Source: Dehalococcoidia bacterium (GTDB lineage: Bacteria > Chloroflexota > Dehalococcoidia > Lucifugimonadales > Australimonadaceae). Taken from it: a stretch of 64,000 nucleotides of DNA. The notes below the pieces were generated by a model that saw only the letters and a program-made list of their open reading frames with translations, was not told the origin of the DNA and did not search any database. The stretch is from NCBI GenBank assembly GCA_965242755.1, contig OZ251500.1, positions 1,601,339 to 1,665,338 on the forward strand. Direction: 5' to 3'. Of this stretch, positions 51,579 to 60,744 are shown piece by piece (within the stretch, counting starts at the first letter, position 1; each line of letters begins with the position of its first letter). Made by a program: the position numbers and the translations under genes.

Positions 51579-52316
51579 CTACCGACCCTCGCTCAGGCGG
51601 ACGATGAGCCATTCCGGGAGGCCGGCGGCCTCCATCGCGCGCTGCGTGGAGCGGACGTCGTAGGCGGCGCTGCGGAGCGACAGCGTCCGCGCCTCGCTGT
51701 CGTAGATAGCGTAGGCGGCGCGAGGATCGCCGTCGCGGGGCTGGCCGACGCTGCCCGGGTTCGCGATGATGCGCCCCTCGCCGCGCTCCGCAGTCCGCTC
51801 GGGGCGGACGGGATTCCGCCGCAGGCCGCCCTCGAATACGCCGTCGCGGTTGACGAATTGGAAGTGCGAGTGGCCGACGAGAATGTCAGGCGTGGGCGCG
51901 AGGTCGAGCGCCTCTTGCGCGTCGGACGTGAAGCCGAGGTAGTCCCATAGCGGCGCGGCGGGCGAGCCGTGGACGAGCGTGAAGCCGTCAATCTCCAGCG
52001 TCTCAGGGAGGGCGAGGAGATACTCGCGCGTCTCGTCGTCCAGCCGCGCGGCGTTCCACTCGTCGGCGATGCGGCAATCCTCGTTGAAGTCGGCGAGGCT
52101 CATTAGCCCGACGGTTCCCGCGTCGTGGTTGCCCATCACGCAGACCGCGCCCAGCGACCGCAGGAGGCGGACGGTCTCGACCGGCCGCGGGCCGTAGCCT
52201 ACGACGTCGCCCATGCACCACGCGCCGTCGAGCGGCCCGTCGGCTTCGGCGGCGCGGACGACGGCCTCGAGCGCGGCGAGGTTGCTGTGAATATCGCTGA
52301 CGATGAGCGTTCGCAT
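51579..52316 (-). CDS. Metallophosphoesterase (calcineurin-like, YfcE/MJ0936 type)
   Basis: 'LIVSDIHSN', 'GDVVGYG', 'GNHD' and 'GHSH' motifs appear in the canonical order. Confidence 0.85.
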   Translation of the reverse strand: MRTLIVSDIHSNLAALEAVVRAAEADGPLDGAWCMGDVVGYGPRPVETVRLLRSLGAVCVMGNHDAGTVGLMSLADFNEDCRIADEWNAARLDDETREYLLALPETLEIDGFTLVHGSPAAPLWDYLGFTSDAQEALDLAPTPDILVGHSHFQFVNRDGVFEGGLRRNPVRPERTAERGEGRIIANPGSVGQPRDGDPRAAYAIYDSEARTLSLRSAAYDVRSTQRAMEAAGLPEWLIVRLSEGR

Positions 52317-52432
52317 ATCGGGGATGTTACCGCGCGTCGCGATGGTCGCGTTGGCCTAAGCGCGAACGCCGCGGCGTTCCCTCGAAAGCGGGATACTACT
52401 GGGGCGGAGAATTGCGGCGTCGCATTCCCGCC

Positions 52433-53020
52433 TTACGCGCCGAAGACCTCGCGGACGGCGCAGGAGAAGCCGGGGAGGACGTCGTGGCCGTCAAGCGCGC
52501 CGCTCTCGTCAAGCGTGACGACCGGATGGCCGTCGCGGTGGACGTCGATGAGGCGCTCCTCCGGGCGGACGACCCAGACGAGGCGGACGCCGTAGCGCAG
52601 CCACATCAGCGCTTTGTCGTTGACGGCGGAGAGGCGGTCGGTGGGCGAGACGATCTCGACGACGAGGTCGGGGGCGACTTCGGCGTAGCCGGGAACGTCC
52701 GCGCCCGAGGGGATCTTCTCCGCCGAGAAGAAGGCGACATCGGGCTCGCGGACGGTGTCGGGGTCGCGCTCGAGCCGGACCCCGGAGTCGGAGCCGGCGA
52801 GAACGCCGAGTTTCTTGGGTTTGACGAAAACGCCCAACAGGACCGCCAAGTTCACCGCGATTTGGCCGTGCCGGAGTCCTGCTGGCATCGTTTCGCTCAA
52901 CGCTCCTCTGATGAGTTCGCCGCAGACGCCGTCGGAGTAAAGGCGGAGGAGGTCGTCCGCCGTGAGGAGTTCGCTGGCCGTTTGGGGCGCTGCCCGTATT
53001 GCGGTTGCGGTGGTCATCAT
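52433..53020 (-). CDS. Uma2 (DUF820) family PD-(D/E)xK putative endonuclease
   Basis: 'ELIRG.L..MPAGLRHGQI', 'REPDVAFF' and 'APDLVVEIVSPTD' match the Uma2 D...E-x-(S/K) pattern. Confidence 0.8.
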   Translation of the reverse strand: MMTTATAIRAAPQTASELLTADDLLRLYSDGVCGELIRGALSETMPAGLRHGQIAVNLAVLLGVFVKPKKLGVLAGSDSGVRLERDPDTVREPDVAFFSAEKIPSGADVPGYAEVAPDLVVEIVSPTDRLSAVNDKALMWLRYGVRLVWVVRPEERLIDVHRDGHPVVTLDESGALDGHDVLPGFSCAVREVFGA

Positions 53021-53267
53021 CGCTTGCCTTCGGAGAGGTCTGCTGGGGAGTATAGCACGGGGTAGGGCGCCGCCTACGCGGGCATAGCGGCAACCCGCGC
53101 GCGCCGCTGCGCTGGCGCGGCCCTCGCCCGCCGCTGCGCGGCTGCCCTCTCCAGAAGGAGAGGGTGGGGGCGGCGCTCCGCGTCGACTGGGTTCCCGCCT
53201 ACGCGGGCAGGGCGGTAGGAGAGGGGCCGGGTGCGCGGGGGCGCCGCCCCGCCGCGCAAGCGGGCGC

Positions 53268-53411
53268 CTACCTTGCGTCAGTCTCCTCCCGCCCTTCGTC
53301 GTCGGGGGCGGCGCCTGCGAAGAAATGCCGCAGCACGACGTAGAGGACGGCGGACGGCGCGAAGACGACGCCGAACGCTATGGCGTAGGCCGTCAGGTAG
53401 AAGTCATTCAT
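53268..53411 (-). CDS. Possible 47-aa single-TM peptide, overlapping the stop of the upstream membrane-protein gene
   Basis: I translated this by hand: 'MNDFYLTAYAIAFGVVFAPSAVLYVVLRHFFAGAAPDDEGREETDAR'. The ATG at 53409-53411 forms an ATGAATGA overlap with the upstream stop. It is below the length cutoff of the ORF track. Confidence 0.3.
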   Translation of the reverse strand: MNDFYLTAYAIAFGVVFAPSAVLYVVLRHFFAGAAPDDEGREETDAR

Positions 53412-53802
53412 TGCCGTTGCCCTCGCCAAGCGCTCGCCGCGCGATCAGCGTCCGCCGGTGCCTCCGCTCGGCGCAGTGCGCCTCCTCCAGCAATATGACC
53501 GCGGGGAACAGGCCGATGACTCCGGCCCCCGGCAAGAAATTATCAATAGTCAATACGATCATAGCCGCCAAGGGAATGGATGCGACGGCGGCTAGGCTGA
53601 GGAGCAGTTTGCGCCTCTTACCCCCTCTGGAAGCGCGCAAAATCAAAATCATTACGGCGATCGCAAGCAGCGGAAACGGCATGAGTTTCAGGAATATGTC
53701 GGCGTTCCTTTGCACGGAGTAAATCGCCATGACGGTGAACAGAGGGACCGCCAGCCCTTCGAAATAGATGAAGTACAGCGCGATTTTCAGCGGCAGATTC
53801 AT
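53404..53802 (-). CDS. Hypothetical 4-TM membrane protein
   Basis: 132 aa with four hydrophobic segments. It starts 18 nt after the stop of the MTase-Mrr gene on the same strand. Visibly lower GC than the surroundings. Confidence 0.5.
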   Translation of the reverse strand: MNLPLKIALYFIYFEGLAVPLFTVMAIYSVQRNADIFLKLMPFPLLAIAVMILILRASRGGKRRKLLLSLAAVASIPLAAMIVLTIDNFLPGAGVIGLFPAVILLEEAHCAERRHRRTLIARRALGEGNGNE

Positions 53803-53820
53803 TGTTCGCCCGCGACCCGT

Positions 53821-55290
53821 CTACGGGATTAGTATCTTGCTCTGCGTGTCGCCGACGAGGGAGCGCGGGTCGACAGGCGGCAGTTTCGGGCGCTCGCCGT
53901 GCAGCAGCATTTCCTGGACGCTCAAGACCTGCATGCGCGGATACTCCACCGCGCCCTCCTCTTGCGTCGTGATCGTGACGCGCCCTTGCTCGGCGGCGAA
54001 CACGCGCAACGACTCATTGGGCGGATACAGGCTCACCATAATTGACATTGGCGCGTGCGCGCCGCCGTTGACCATAGCGGTCTGCGTTCCAAGCAGCCTT
54101 TGCATATCGGGCCGCCCGACCGTTCCGCGGCGCATCTTCACTTGTATGGGAATAACGATCGTCTTCTGGTTGCCGAGGTCGGCGGCGCCGAAGTAGCGGG
54201 CGTCCACGCCGCCGTCTCCGGTCTTGCGCTCGTTGGGGACGGCGTTGAGGAGCGCGGCGACGCGGTCTTCCGCCCATGCCCAGCCGGGGATGCCGTCCTC
54301 GACGTCGTCGCGTTGGGCGCGCGCGCGCCGTTCGAAGTCCTCCCAGTTGAACTCGTCCCAGGTGAGGCCGTAGACAATTGGGGCGAACGCTTCGCCTCGC
54401 GATTCCAGACGCTGCTGCATCACGCGCACGGCGATGCCGCTGATGTCCACGCCGAGGTACTTCCTGCCAAGCCCTGCGGCCGCGTCGGCGGCTGTCCCGC
54501 AGCCGCAGAACGGGTCCAGCACGAGGTCGCCGGGGTTGGAGGACGCCGCCACGATTCTCTCGACCAGTTCGCGCGGCTTTTGCGTCGGGTAGCCGACGCG
54601 CTGTTTGGACACGTTAATGACCGGTTTGATGTCGTCCCAAACGTCCCGGACGTAGACGTCGGCGTAGTAGTTGCCCTCTTCGTCGACGTTCGGGGTGAAG
54701 AACGGCTTGTCGTAGTAGACCCGCTCTTGGAGCGGGCGATGGCGGTACGCCGAAGACTTCACGTAGAAGAAGATCGTGTCGTGCTTGCGAGGCCAGTAAT
54801 TCTTGCTGACTCCGCCCGTTCTGTACCCCCACGCGATTTCGTTGCGGAACTGCTTCTCCCCGAATATCGTGTCCATCAGCATGCGGAGATAGGCGTTGGC
54901 GTGCCAGTCGCAGTGGAGGTAGATTGCTCCCGCCGGCTTCAAGACGCGGCGCATCTCGGCGAGGCGGCGCCCCATAAAGACGGCGTAGGCCGCCATCGGC
55001 GACTTCTCACCCGCCTGCAGGCGAACCCCGCGCAGGCTGTCGCGCAGTTGACCGTGCGGCAAGGCGTCAAAGGCGTTCTGCGTCTCCACCGTCCAGCGCC
55101 AGATGTCGCGCAACTGCTGCTTGACAAGTCCCGCGTCCCCGAACGCCGCCACGTAGAACTGGTTGCTGTTGAAAGGCGGATCCAGGTAAATCAGGTCAAC
55201 GCAGGCATCCGGCAAGGCGCGGAGAACGTCAATGTTGTCCGCGCAGACGAATGCGTTGCCCGCAAGGTAGTCAAGGCTCCGATTGACCAT
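53821..55290 (-). CDS. Beta-class N4/N6 DNA methyltransferase fused to a C-terminal Mrr-like (PD-(D/E)xK) restriction endonuclease domain
   Basis: 'LRALPDACVDLIYLDPPFNS' is identical to the 926-2707 paralog over this stretch. 'LVLDPFCGCGTAADAA' is also present. The C-terminus 'GDGGVDARYFG....IVIPIQVKMRRGTVGRPDMQRLLG' resembles the Mrr catalytic core (D...QxK). Confidence 0.8.
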   Translation of the reverse strand: MVNRSLDYLAGNAFVCADNIDVLRALPDACVDLIYLDPPFNSNQFYVAAFGDAGLVKQQLRDIWRWTVETQNAFDALPHGQLRDSLRGVRLQAGEKSPMAAYAVFMGRRLAEMRRVLKPAGAIYLHCDWHANAYLRMLMDTIFGEKQFRNEIAWGYRTGGVSKNYWPRKHDTIFFYVKSSAYRHRPLQERVYYDKPFFTPNVDEEGNYYADVYVRDVWDDIKPVINVSKQRVGYPTQKPRELVERIVAASSNPGDLVLDPFCGCGTAADAAAGLGRKYLGVDISGIAVRVMQQRLESRGEAFAPIVYGLTWDEFNWEDFERRARAQRDDVEDGIPGWAWAEDRVAALLNAVPNERKTGDGGVDARYFGAADLGNQKTIVIPIQVKMRRGTVGRPDMQRLLGTQTAMVNGGAHAPMSIMVSLYPPNESLRVFAAEQGRVTITTQEEGAVEYPRMQVLSVQEMLLHGERPKLPPVDPRSLVGDTQSKILIP

Positions 55291-55396
55291 AGCCGGCTTC
55301 TCCGCAGCGATCTCGCATTGGACTATACCCTAAGGAGCCGCGATGCGCCATAGGGCGATGTCCCGTCATACTGACTGCGGCGCTACGACGGGCCGC

Positions 55397-55600
55397 CTAG
55401 CCCTCGGCGGGCTGGGCGGCGGAGTCCTGGGCCAGCCGCGCCTCCAGTTCGGCGATGGACATGCTTTCGCCGCGGGCGAGTTGGCGTTCGCTCTCGCGGA
55501 TCTGCGCCATCATCTCGGGGTCGGTCGAGACGTCGAGCGTGGCGAGGACGTCCAGCAGTTGCTCGTACTCTTCCCAGGGCGCAATGGCGACCAGGGGCTT
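55397..55600 (-). pseudogene. Phd/YefM-like antitoxin fragment lacking an N-terminus and start codon
   Basis: Hand translation of the minus strand gives 'KPLVAIAPWEEYEQLLDVLATLDVSTDPEMMAQIRESERQLARGESMSIAELEARL...'. The frame is open only from 55651, with no ATG/GTG/TTG before the conserved part. Confidence 0.35.
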
Positions 55601-55866
55601 CCCGCCTGCGTCATCGCCTGCTCCGTTGTCGCCGCTAGCCCCGGCCGCGCCTCATTATACGGGCCATGAGTCGGTGTATGTCGTCGGGAGTACGCCAAGG
55701 CATACCAGGCGCGATTGCGCGCTTGGGCGCGCTCGCCTATCCTATGCAGCGACGGATCAGCGCTTGCGCGGGCTTGCCTTGCGCTCAGCGGCGCTCATGC
55801 GCGCTCGGCTGCGCTGATCATTGCGCCCGCGCATTCCTATGCGCTGAGACGCCGGAGGCAACGCTG

Positions 55867-57111
55867 TTGAGCGCTTTGATCGAACAAGACCCGGAAGTCG
55901 CGGAGGCGGTGCGGCAAGAGGCGGAGCGCCAGCGCCGCAACATCGTGCTCATCGCCTCCGAGAACTACGCGAGCCGCGCCGTGATGGAGGCGCAGGGCTC
56001 CGTCCTAACGAACAAGTACGCCGAGGGCTATCCGGGGCGGCGCTACTACGGCTCCTGCGAGTTCGCGGACGCGGCGGAGCGCCTCGCCATAGACCGCGCG
56101 AAGGAACTCTTCGGCGCGGAGCACGCCAACGTGCAGCCCCACGCGGGTGCGGCGGCCAATATGGAGGCCTACGCCGCCCTCTGCGAGCCCGGCGACGCGA
56201 TTATGGGGCTGCGGCTCGATCAGGGGGGGCACCTCACGCACGGCAGCCCCGTCAACTTCTCCGCCAAGTTGTACGAATTCGCGTCCTACGGGCTCGATCC
56301 GGAGACGGAGCGGCTGGACTACGACGCCATCGCGGAGCAGGCGCGTGAGCGCAGGCCGAAGATCATCGTCGCGGGGTTCACCGCCTACTCGCGCTCCATA
56401 GACTTCGCGCGGTTCGCCGAGATCGCGGAGGAGGTCGGCGCGACGCTGATGGTGGATATGGCGCACATCGCGGGGCTCGTCGCGGCGGGCGCGCACCCCT
56501 CTCCGCTGTCCCACGCCGCGGTGGTGACGAGCACGACGCACAAGTCGCTGCGCGGCCCGCGCGGGGCGTTCATCCTCTGCGACGAGGAGCGCCGCCGGGC
56601 GGTCGACCGCGCCGTGTTCCCCTACGCGCAGGGCGGGCCGTTTATGCACGCCGTCGCCGCGAAAGCGGTTTGCTTCGGCGAGGCGCTCCGCCCCGATTTC
56701 GCCGACTACGGACGGCAAGTCGTCGAGAACGCCCGCGCAATGGCGGCGGCGCTGGAGGGCGAAGGGCTGCGGATCGTCTCCGGCGGCACGGACAACCATC
56801 TGATGCTCGTGGACTTGCGCCCCGCCGGATGGACGGGGCAGGACGCGGAGGCGGCGCTTGGCGGCGTAGGCGTCACGGTGAACAAGAACGCCATTCCGAA
56901 CGACCCGCAGCCCCCGCGGGTGACGAGCGGCTTGCGGATCGGGACGCCCGCCGTGACCTCGCGCGGCTTCGGCGTCGAGGAATGCCAAAAGGTCGCGCGA
57001 CTCATCGCGCGGACGCTCGGCAGCCGCGGCGACGCCCCCGCGCTGCGCGCCGTCGCCGACGAGGCGGCGGACCTCGCCTCGCGCTTCCCCGCGCCGGGGC
57101 TGGACTACTGA
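55867..57111 (+). CDS. glyA: Serine hydroxymethyltransferase
   Basis: '[37 protein letters not shown]' and '[13 protein letters not shown]' (PLP lysine). The start is assigned to TTG 55867, 8 nt after GGAGG (55854-55858). The upstream 67 codons of the track ORF are not GlyA-like. Confidence 0.92.
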   Translation: MSALIEQDPEVAEAVRQEAERQRRNIVLIASENYASRAVMEAQGSVLTNKYAEGYPGRRYYGSCEFADAAERLAIDRAKELFGAEHANVQPHAGAAANMEAYAALCEPGDAIMGLRLDQGGHLTHGSPVNFSAKLYEFASYGLDPETERLDYDAIAEQARERRPKIIVAGFTAYSRSIDFARFAEIAEEVGATLMVDMAHIAGLVAAGAHPSPLSHAAVVTSTTHKSLRGPRGAFILCDEERRRAVDRAVFPYAQGGPFMHAVAAKAVCFGEALRPDFADYGRQVVENARAMAAALEGEGLRIVSGGTDNHLMLVDLRPAGWTGQDAEAALGGVGVTVNKNAIPNDPQPPRVTSGLRIGTPAVTSRGFGVEECQKVARLIARTLGSRGDAPALRAVADEAADLASRFPAPGLDY

Positions 57112-57287
57112 GGAGCGGGGGGTGGGGGGGCTCCGGTAGGTTCCCGCTTTCGTGGGCATGACGGGGCGCCGTGGTGGGCTTGGGGACGGGGCGCTCCGCG
57201 CCGCGTAGCGGCGGGGGCGGGGCGTGCGGCGGGGGCGATGGCGGCGTGGCGCTTGACGCCGGGGCAAGCGTCGTGTAATAAGAGGCT

Positions 57288-58637
57288 ATGATGACGCAAG
57301 CGACCTTGGAAACGCCTATCGCTCCGGCGGACGCTACGCCCGACGCAGCGGCCGCCGCCGCTTGCAGTTTCCGCGACCCCGCGTTCGCGGCCAACCGCGA
57401 CGCTCCGGTTCATCGCTGGGCGCCATGGATCGCAGGGTTCTCCAAACAGTTCGTCGAAGACGCCCTTGACCGCCATGCTCCCGGCTATAGCGTCGTGCTT
57501 GATCCGTTCGCGGGAGTCGGCACGACCCTCTTGGAAGCCGACCTCGCAGGCCATGAGTCCGTCGGATTCGAGATCAACCCTTACGCCGCGTTCGCTTGCC
57601 GAACCAAACTCGCCGCTCACCGGGTGGATTCGTCAAGGCTGCGCGAGGCCGCCGACGCATTCGCCGCGTTTGGGGAAGCCGCCGGCGCGAACGGCGTCGA
57701 ACCGCGTTCCGCTCCTCCGGCGGGCTTTCGCACTCGAACGCCGTTCTACAGCCCGAACGTGCTGCGGAAGACTCTGCTGGCATTGGATTTCGTCGGAACT
57801 TTGGACTGCCCTCAGACAGCCGACCTCTTCAAACTTGCGTTCGCGTCGACGATGGTGCAGTACTCCAACTATTCCTACGAGCCCAGCCTGGGCCGCAAGT
57901 CGACCGCAGGGCGCCCCGACGTGGACGATTTCCCCGTTTTCGACGCGGTCGCATCCAAATTGTCCGATATGGCCGACGACGCTGACTGGAGCCGCCGCGC
58001 CCGCTCGCGGCCCCAGCGCTCCGACGGGAGCGTATTCGCCCAATCATTCTTTGACGGCTACCGCAGCATCCCCGCGCAAAGCGTTGACTTGCTCGTCACC
58101 TCGCCGCCTTACTTGAACAACTATCACTACAACCGCAACACGCGCCCCCAACTCTACTGGCTTGGATTCTGCGAAACCCCGCGCGATTTGAAGCGGCTGG
58201 AGGCGATGAACTTCGGAACCTACTGGCAGAACGCTCGGGAGCGGGGCATTGTGGAAGTCGCTCCGTCCGTCGGAGACCCCGCCATACGGGATGCGGTCGC
58301 CGAAGTGCGGGAGAAGAACCCTGAGCGGGGCATCTACGGCGGCAACGGCTGGGCGAACTACGCCGCCCAATACTTCAACGATTGCGGGAGGTTTATGGAA
58401 GGCGCGAAGTGGTGCCTCCGACCCGGAGGGACTGCCCTAGTCGTGATAGGCAACAGCATTCTGCAGGGCGTGCATATCCCCACCGACCGCTTTCTCGCGG
58501 TCATCGCCGAACGGAGCGGGTTGAACGCCGTGCAAATCCATTCGCCGCGGGACGCGCGCGTCGGAAGCAGCATCGTCAACGCCCGCGTCCCAGGGAGCGG
58601 ACGCCTCTACGAATCCGTCGTGGAATTGCGCGCCTGA
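57288..58637 (+). CDS. DNA methyltransferase with an SPPY catalytic motif (N4-cytosine or N6-adenine type)
   Basis: Motif I 'VVLDPFAGVGTTLLEA' lies near the N-terminus and motif IV 'DLLVTSPPYLNNY' about 200 aa later. Confidence 0.8.
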   Translation: MMTQATLETPIAPADATPDAAAAAACSFRDPAFAANRDAPVHRWAPWIAGFSKQFVEDALDRHAPGYSVVLDPFAGVGTTLLEADLAGHESVGFEINPYAAFACRTKLAAHRVDSSRLREAADAFAAFGEAAGANGVEPRSAPPAGFRTRTPFYSPNVLRKTLLALDFVGTLDCPQTADLFKLAFASTMVQYSNYSYEPSLGRKSTAGRPDVDDFPVFDAVASKLSDMADDADWSRRARSRPQRSDGSVFAQSFFDGYRSIPAQSVDLLVTSPPYLNNYHYNRNTRPQLYWLGFCETPRDLKRLEAMNFGTYWQNARERGIVEVAPSVGDPAIRDAVAEVREKNPERGIYGGNGWANYAAQYFNDCGRFMEGAKWCLRPGGTALVVIGNSILQGVHIPTDRFLAVIAERSGLNAVQIHSPRDARVGSSIVNARVPGSGRLYESVVELRA

Positions 58638-59209
58638 TGCTCTACGATCCGCTCACCTACGACAACTTGATGATGGGGCTCGTCGTCCATTTCCAGAAAC
58701 AACCGCAACACTCGCTCGGAGAGGCGGCGTCCATCGAAGGGCCGGGCGTCTACGCGCTCTACTACACAGGCGCTCTGCCCGCCTACGCCCCGATAGCGTC
58801 AAGCGAATCGCCGATATACGTCGGCAAGGCGGTCCCGCCTGGTTCACGGAAGGGCGACGCCGTTGACGCGGCTGTCCCCGCCCTCCGGCGCAGAATCAAC
58901 GAGCACGCCAAGTCCATCGGGCAGGCCGTCAACCTCGACGCCGACGACTTCCGATGCAGGGCTCTGGCGGTCGAGCCCGTATGGATAACGCTTGCGGAGC
59001 GGTTCCTCGTTGACCATTTCCGCCCCGTCTGGAACCTCAGCCTAGACGGATTCGGCGACCATGACCCTGGGTCGGGCAGGCGGAACAGCGAGCGCAGTTG
59101 GTGGGACACGATGCATCCCGGCCGCGCCTGGGCGTCGCAATTGCGGAGCGTCAAAACCCCATCCGCCGCCGAGGAGCGCGTCCGCGCCTTCTGGCAACCC
59201 GACGCCTGA
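58637..59209 (+). CDS. GIY-YIG restriction endonuclease, Eco29kI-like
   Basis: 'GPGVYALYYTG......SPIYVGKA' (GIY...YIG), then 'RRRINEH' (R-x3-H), then later conserved E and N residues. The ATG overlaps the methylase TGA by 1 nt (TGATG). Confidence 0.72.
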   Translation: MLYDPLTYDNLMMGLVVHFQKQPQHSLGEAASIEGPGVYALYYTGALPAYAPIASSESPIYVGKAVPPGSRKGDAVDAAVPALRRRINEHAKSIGQAVNLDADDFRCRALAVEPVWITLAERFLVDHFRPVWNLSLDGFGDHDPGSGRRNSERSWWDTMHPGRAWASQLRSVKTPSAAEERVRAFWQPDA

Positions 59210-59304
59210 TGCCGAATAAGGGGCGTTTTACCGGCTCTGGATCAGACGGAACCGCCGTTTGCTGGGGCAACGGGTAGATTTCGTCGAGAGGCATAGGAGG
59301 CAGG

Positions 59305-60594
59305 ATGGCGTCCGGGTCCCCGCAGGCTCCGAAAACCGATCTCACGCGCCTTTTGCTCACGCTGCACTTGCCTGCGATTTCGATGGGGCTGGGGCTCGGC
59401 GTCACCGTGCCGGTGCTGCCGGAACTGACGAAGGAGCTCGGCGTCGGCTTGGAGGCCGCGTCGCTCGTTTTCGTCGCGCAACTCGTCGGCACGCTCGCCG
59501 CGCCGCTGCCGACCGGCTATCTGATCGACCGGCTTGGGCGGCGCCGCGTTCTGCTCGCCGGCCCGCTCGTCACGGCGGCGGCCTCTCTTCTCGTGGCGAA
59601 AGTCGCCGTAGACGGCTCGTACTACGAATTGCTGGTCTACCGCTTCATCGCCGGGTGGGGCGAGCAGATGTGGATGCTCAGCCGCATCACGGTGATCGCG
59701 GACACGGGCGCGTCGTCGCAGCGGGGCAAGCAGGTCACGAGCATGTTCGGCGTGCAGCAGATCGGCAACCTGACCGGCCCCGTCATCGGGGGCGTCGCGG
59801 CGGTCGCCTGGGGCTTGTGGTCGCCGTTCGTTATGCACGCCGCCATCGTGCTCCTCGCGATTATTCCCAGTTTCTACGTTCTCCGCGAGTCAGCCCCGGA
59901 CCGGCGCGAACGCTCCCCGGCTTCCGCGGCGAGCGCCGGAGGCGGCGCCGCCCCGAACGCAAGCGCGGAGGCGGGCGTTTGGCGGCGCTTGCTCGTTCCG
60001 CCGCTGCCGGCGGTGTTCGCCGTGCAGTTCCTCGCGAATGTGACGCGGGGCGGCATTTTCGGGGGCGGCGTGATCGTGCTCTACGCCGCCTACGCCTACA
60101 ACCTCGAGCCCGACGAACTCGGCTATCTGCGGGGCGCGATGGCCGCCGCCGGCATTCCCATCATCTTCGCGGGCGGCTACGTGATGGACAGATTCGGGCG
60201 GAAGTACACCATCGTGCCAGGCCTCATCCTCTCGGCGTCGGCGATGGGCTTCCTCGCGGCGACCGCCTACTTCGACGCCTCCTACGCATGGTTCGTCGCG
60301 GCCTTCACCGCCGTGCATATGGCGGTCAACGTCATCTCCGGCAATATGCAAACGCTTGGAACGGACGTCGCTCCGGTCAACGCGCGGGGGATGTTCTTCG
60401 GCGTCTCGCGGACGGTGGCGCAGAGCGGGGCCGCGCTCAGTCCCGCGAGTTTCAGCGCGTTCACGGCCATCGCGGGGTCGGCGGCGGCCTTCTCGTTCCT
60501 CGGCGGAGCCGCCTTCCTGGGCGCGCTCATCGTGATCTTTCTCGTGCCGGAGACGCTGCGGCGCGCCGAGCCGGGGAGGGGCGCGGCGGGATAG
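59305..60594 (+). CDS. MFS transporter
   Basis: 12 predicted TM segments with the loop motif 'GYLIDRLGRRRVLL'. Confidence 0.8.
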   Translation: MASGSPQAPKTDLTRLLLTLHLPAISMGLGLGVTVPVLPELTKELGVGLEAASLVFVAQLVGTLAAPLPTGYLIDRLGRRRVLLAGPLVTAAASLLVAKVAVDGSYYELLVYRFIAGWGEQMWMLSRITVIADTGASSQRGKQVTSMFGVQQIGNLTGPVIGGVAAVAWGLWSPFVMHAAIVLLAIIPSFYVLRESAPDRRERSPASAASAGGGAAPNASAEAGVWRRLLVPPLPAVFAVQFLANVTRGGIFGGGVIVLYAAYAYNLEPDELGYLRGAMAAAGIPIIFAGGYVMDRFGRKYTIVPGLILSASAMGFLAATAYFDASYAWFVAAFTAVHMAVNVISGNMQTLGTDVAPVNARGMFFGVSRTVAQSGAALSPASFSAFTAIAGSAAAFSFLGGAAFLGALIVIFLVPETLRRAEPGRGAAG

Positions 60595-60607
60595 GGGGGT
60601 AGGGGGC

Positions 60608-60722
60608 AACCCTCACCCGCCGCTTCGCGGCTGCCCTCTCCCAGAGGACCTTTGCATAACCTACCGCCTGCCGGCGTAGGCGGGAATCCATAGACGGCGC
60701 GCAAGCGCCGCTCCTCTCCCTG
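60608..60722. repeat. Composite REP/MITE-type repeat copy
   Basis: 'ACCCTCACCCGCCGCTTCGCGGCTGCCCTCTCCCAGAGGACCTTTGCATAACCTAC' followed by a degenerate hairpin 'CGCCTGCCGGCGTAGGCGGGAATCC'. Confidence 0.7.
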
Positions 60723-60744
60723 CGCCCTGCTAGAATGAGGGGTT

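Noticed and set aside
55343-55669. A plus-strand 108-aa ORF between the MTase-Mrr gene and glyA.
   Set aside because: It has no motif or Shine-Dalgarno. The opposite strand of the same region carries the recognisable Phd/YefM-like reading.
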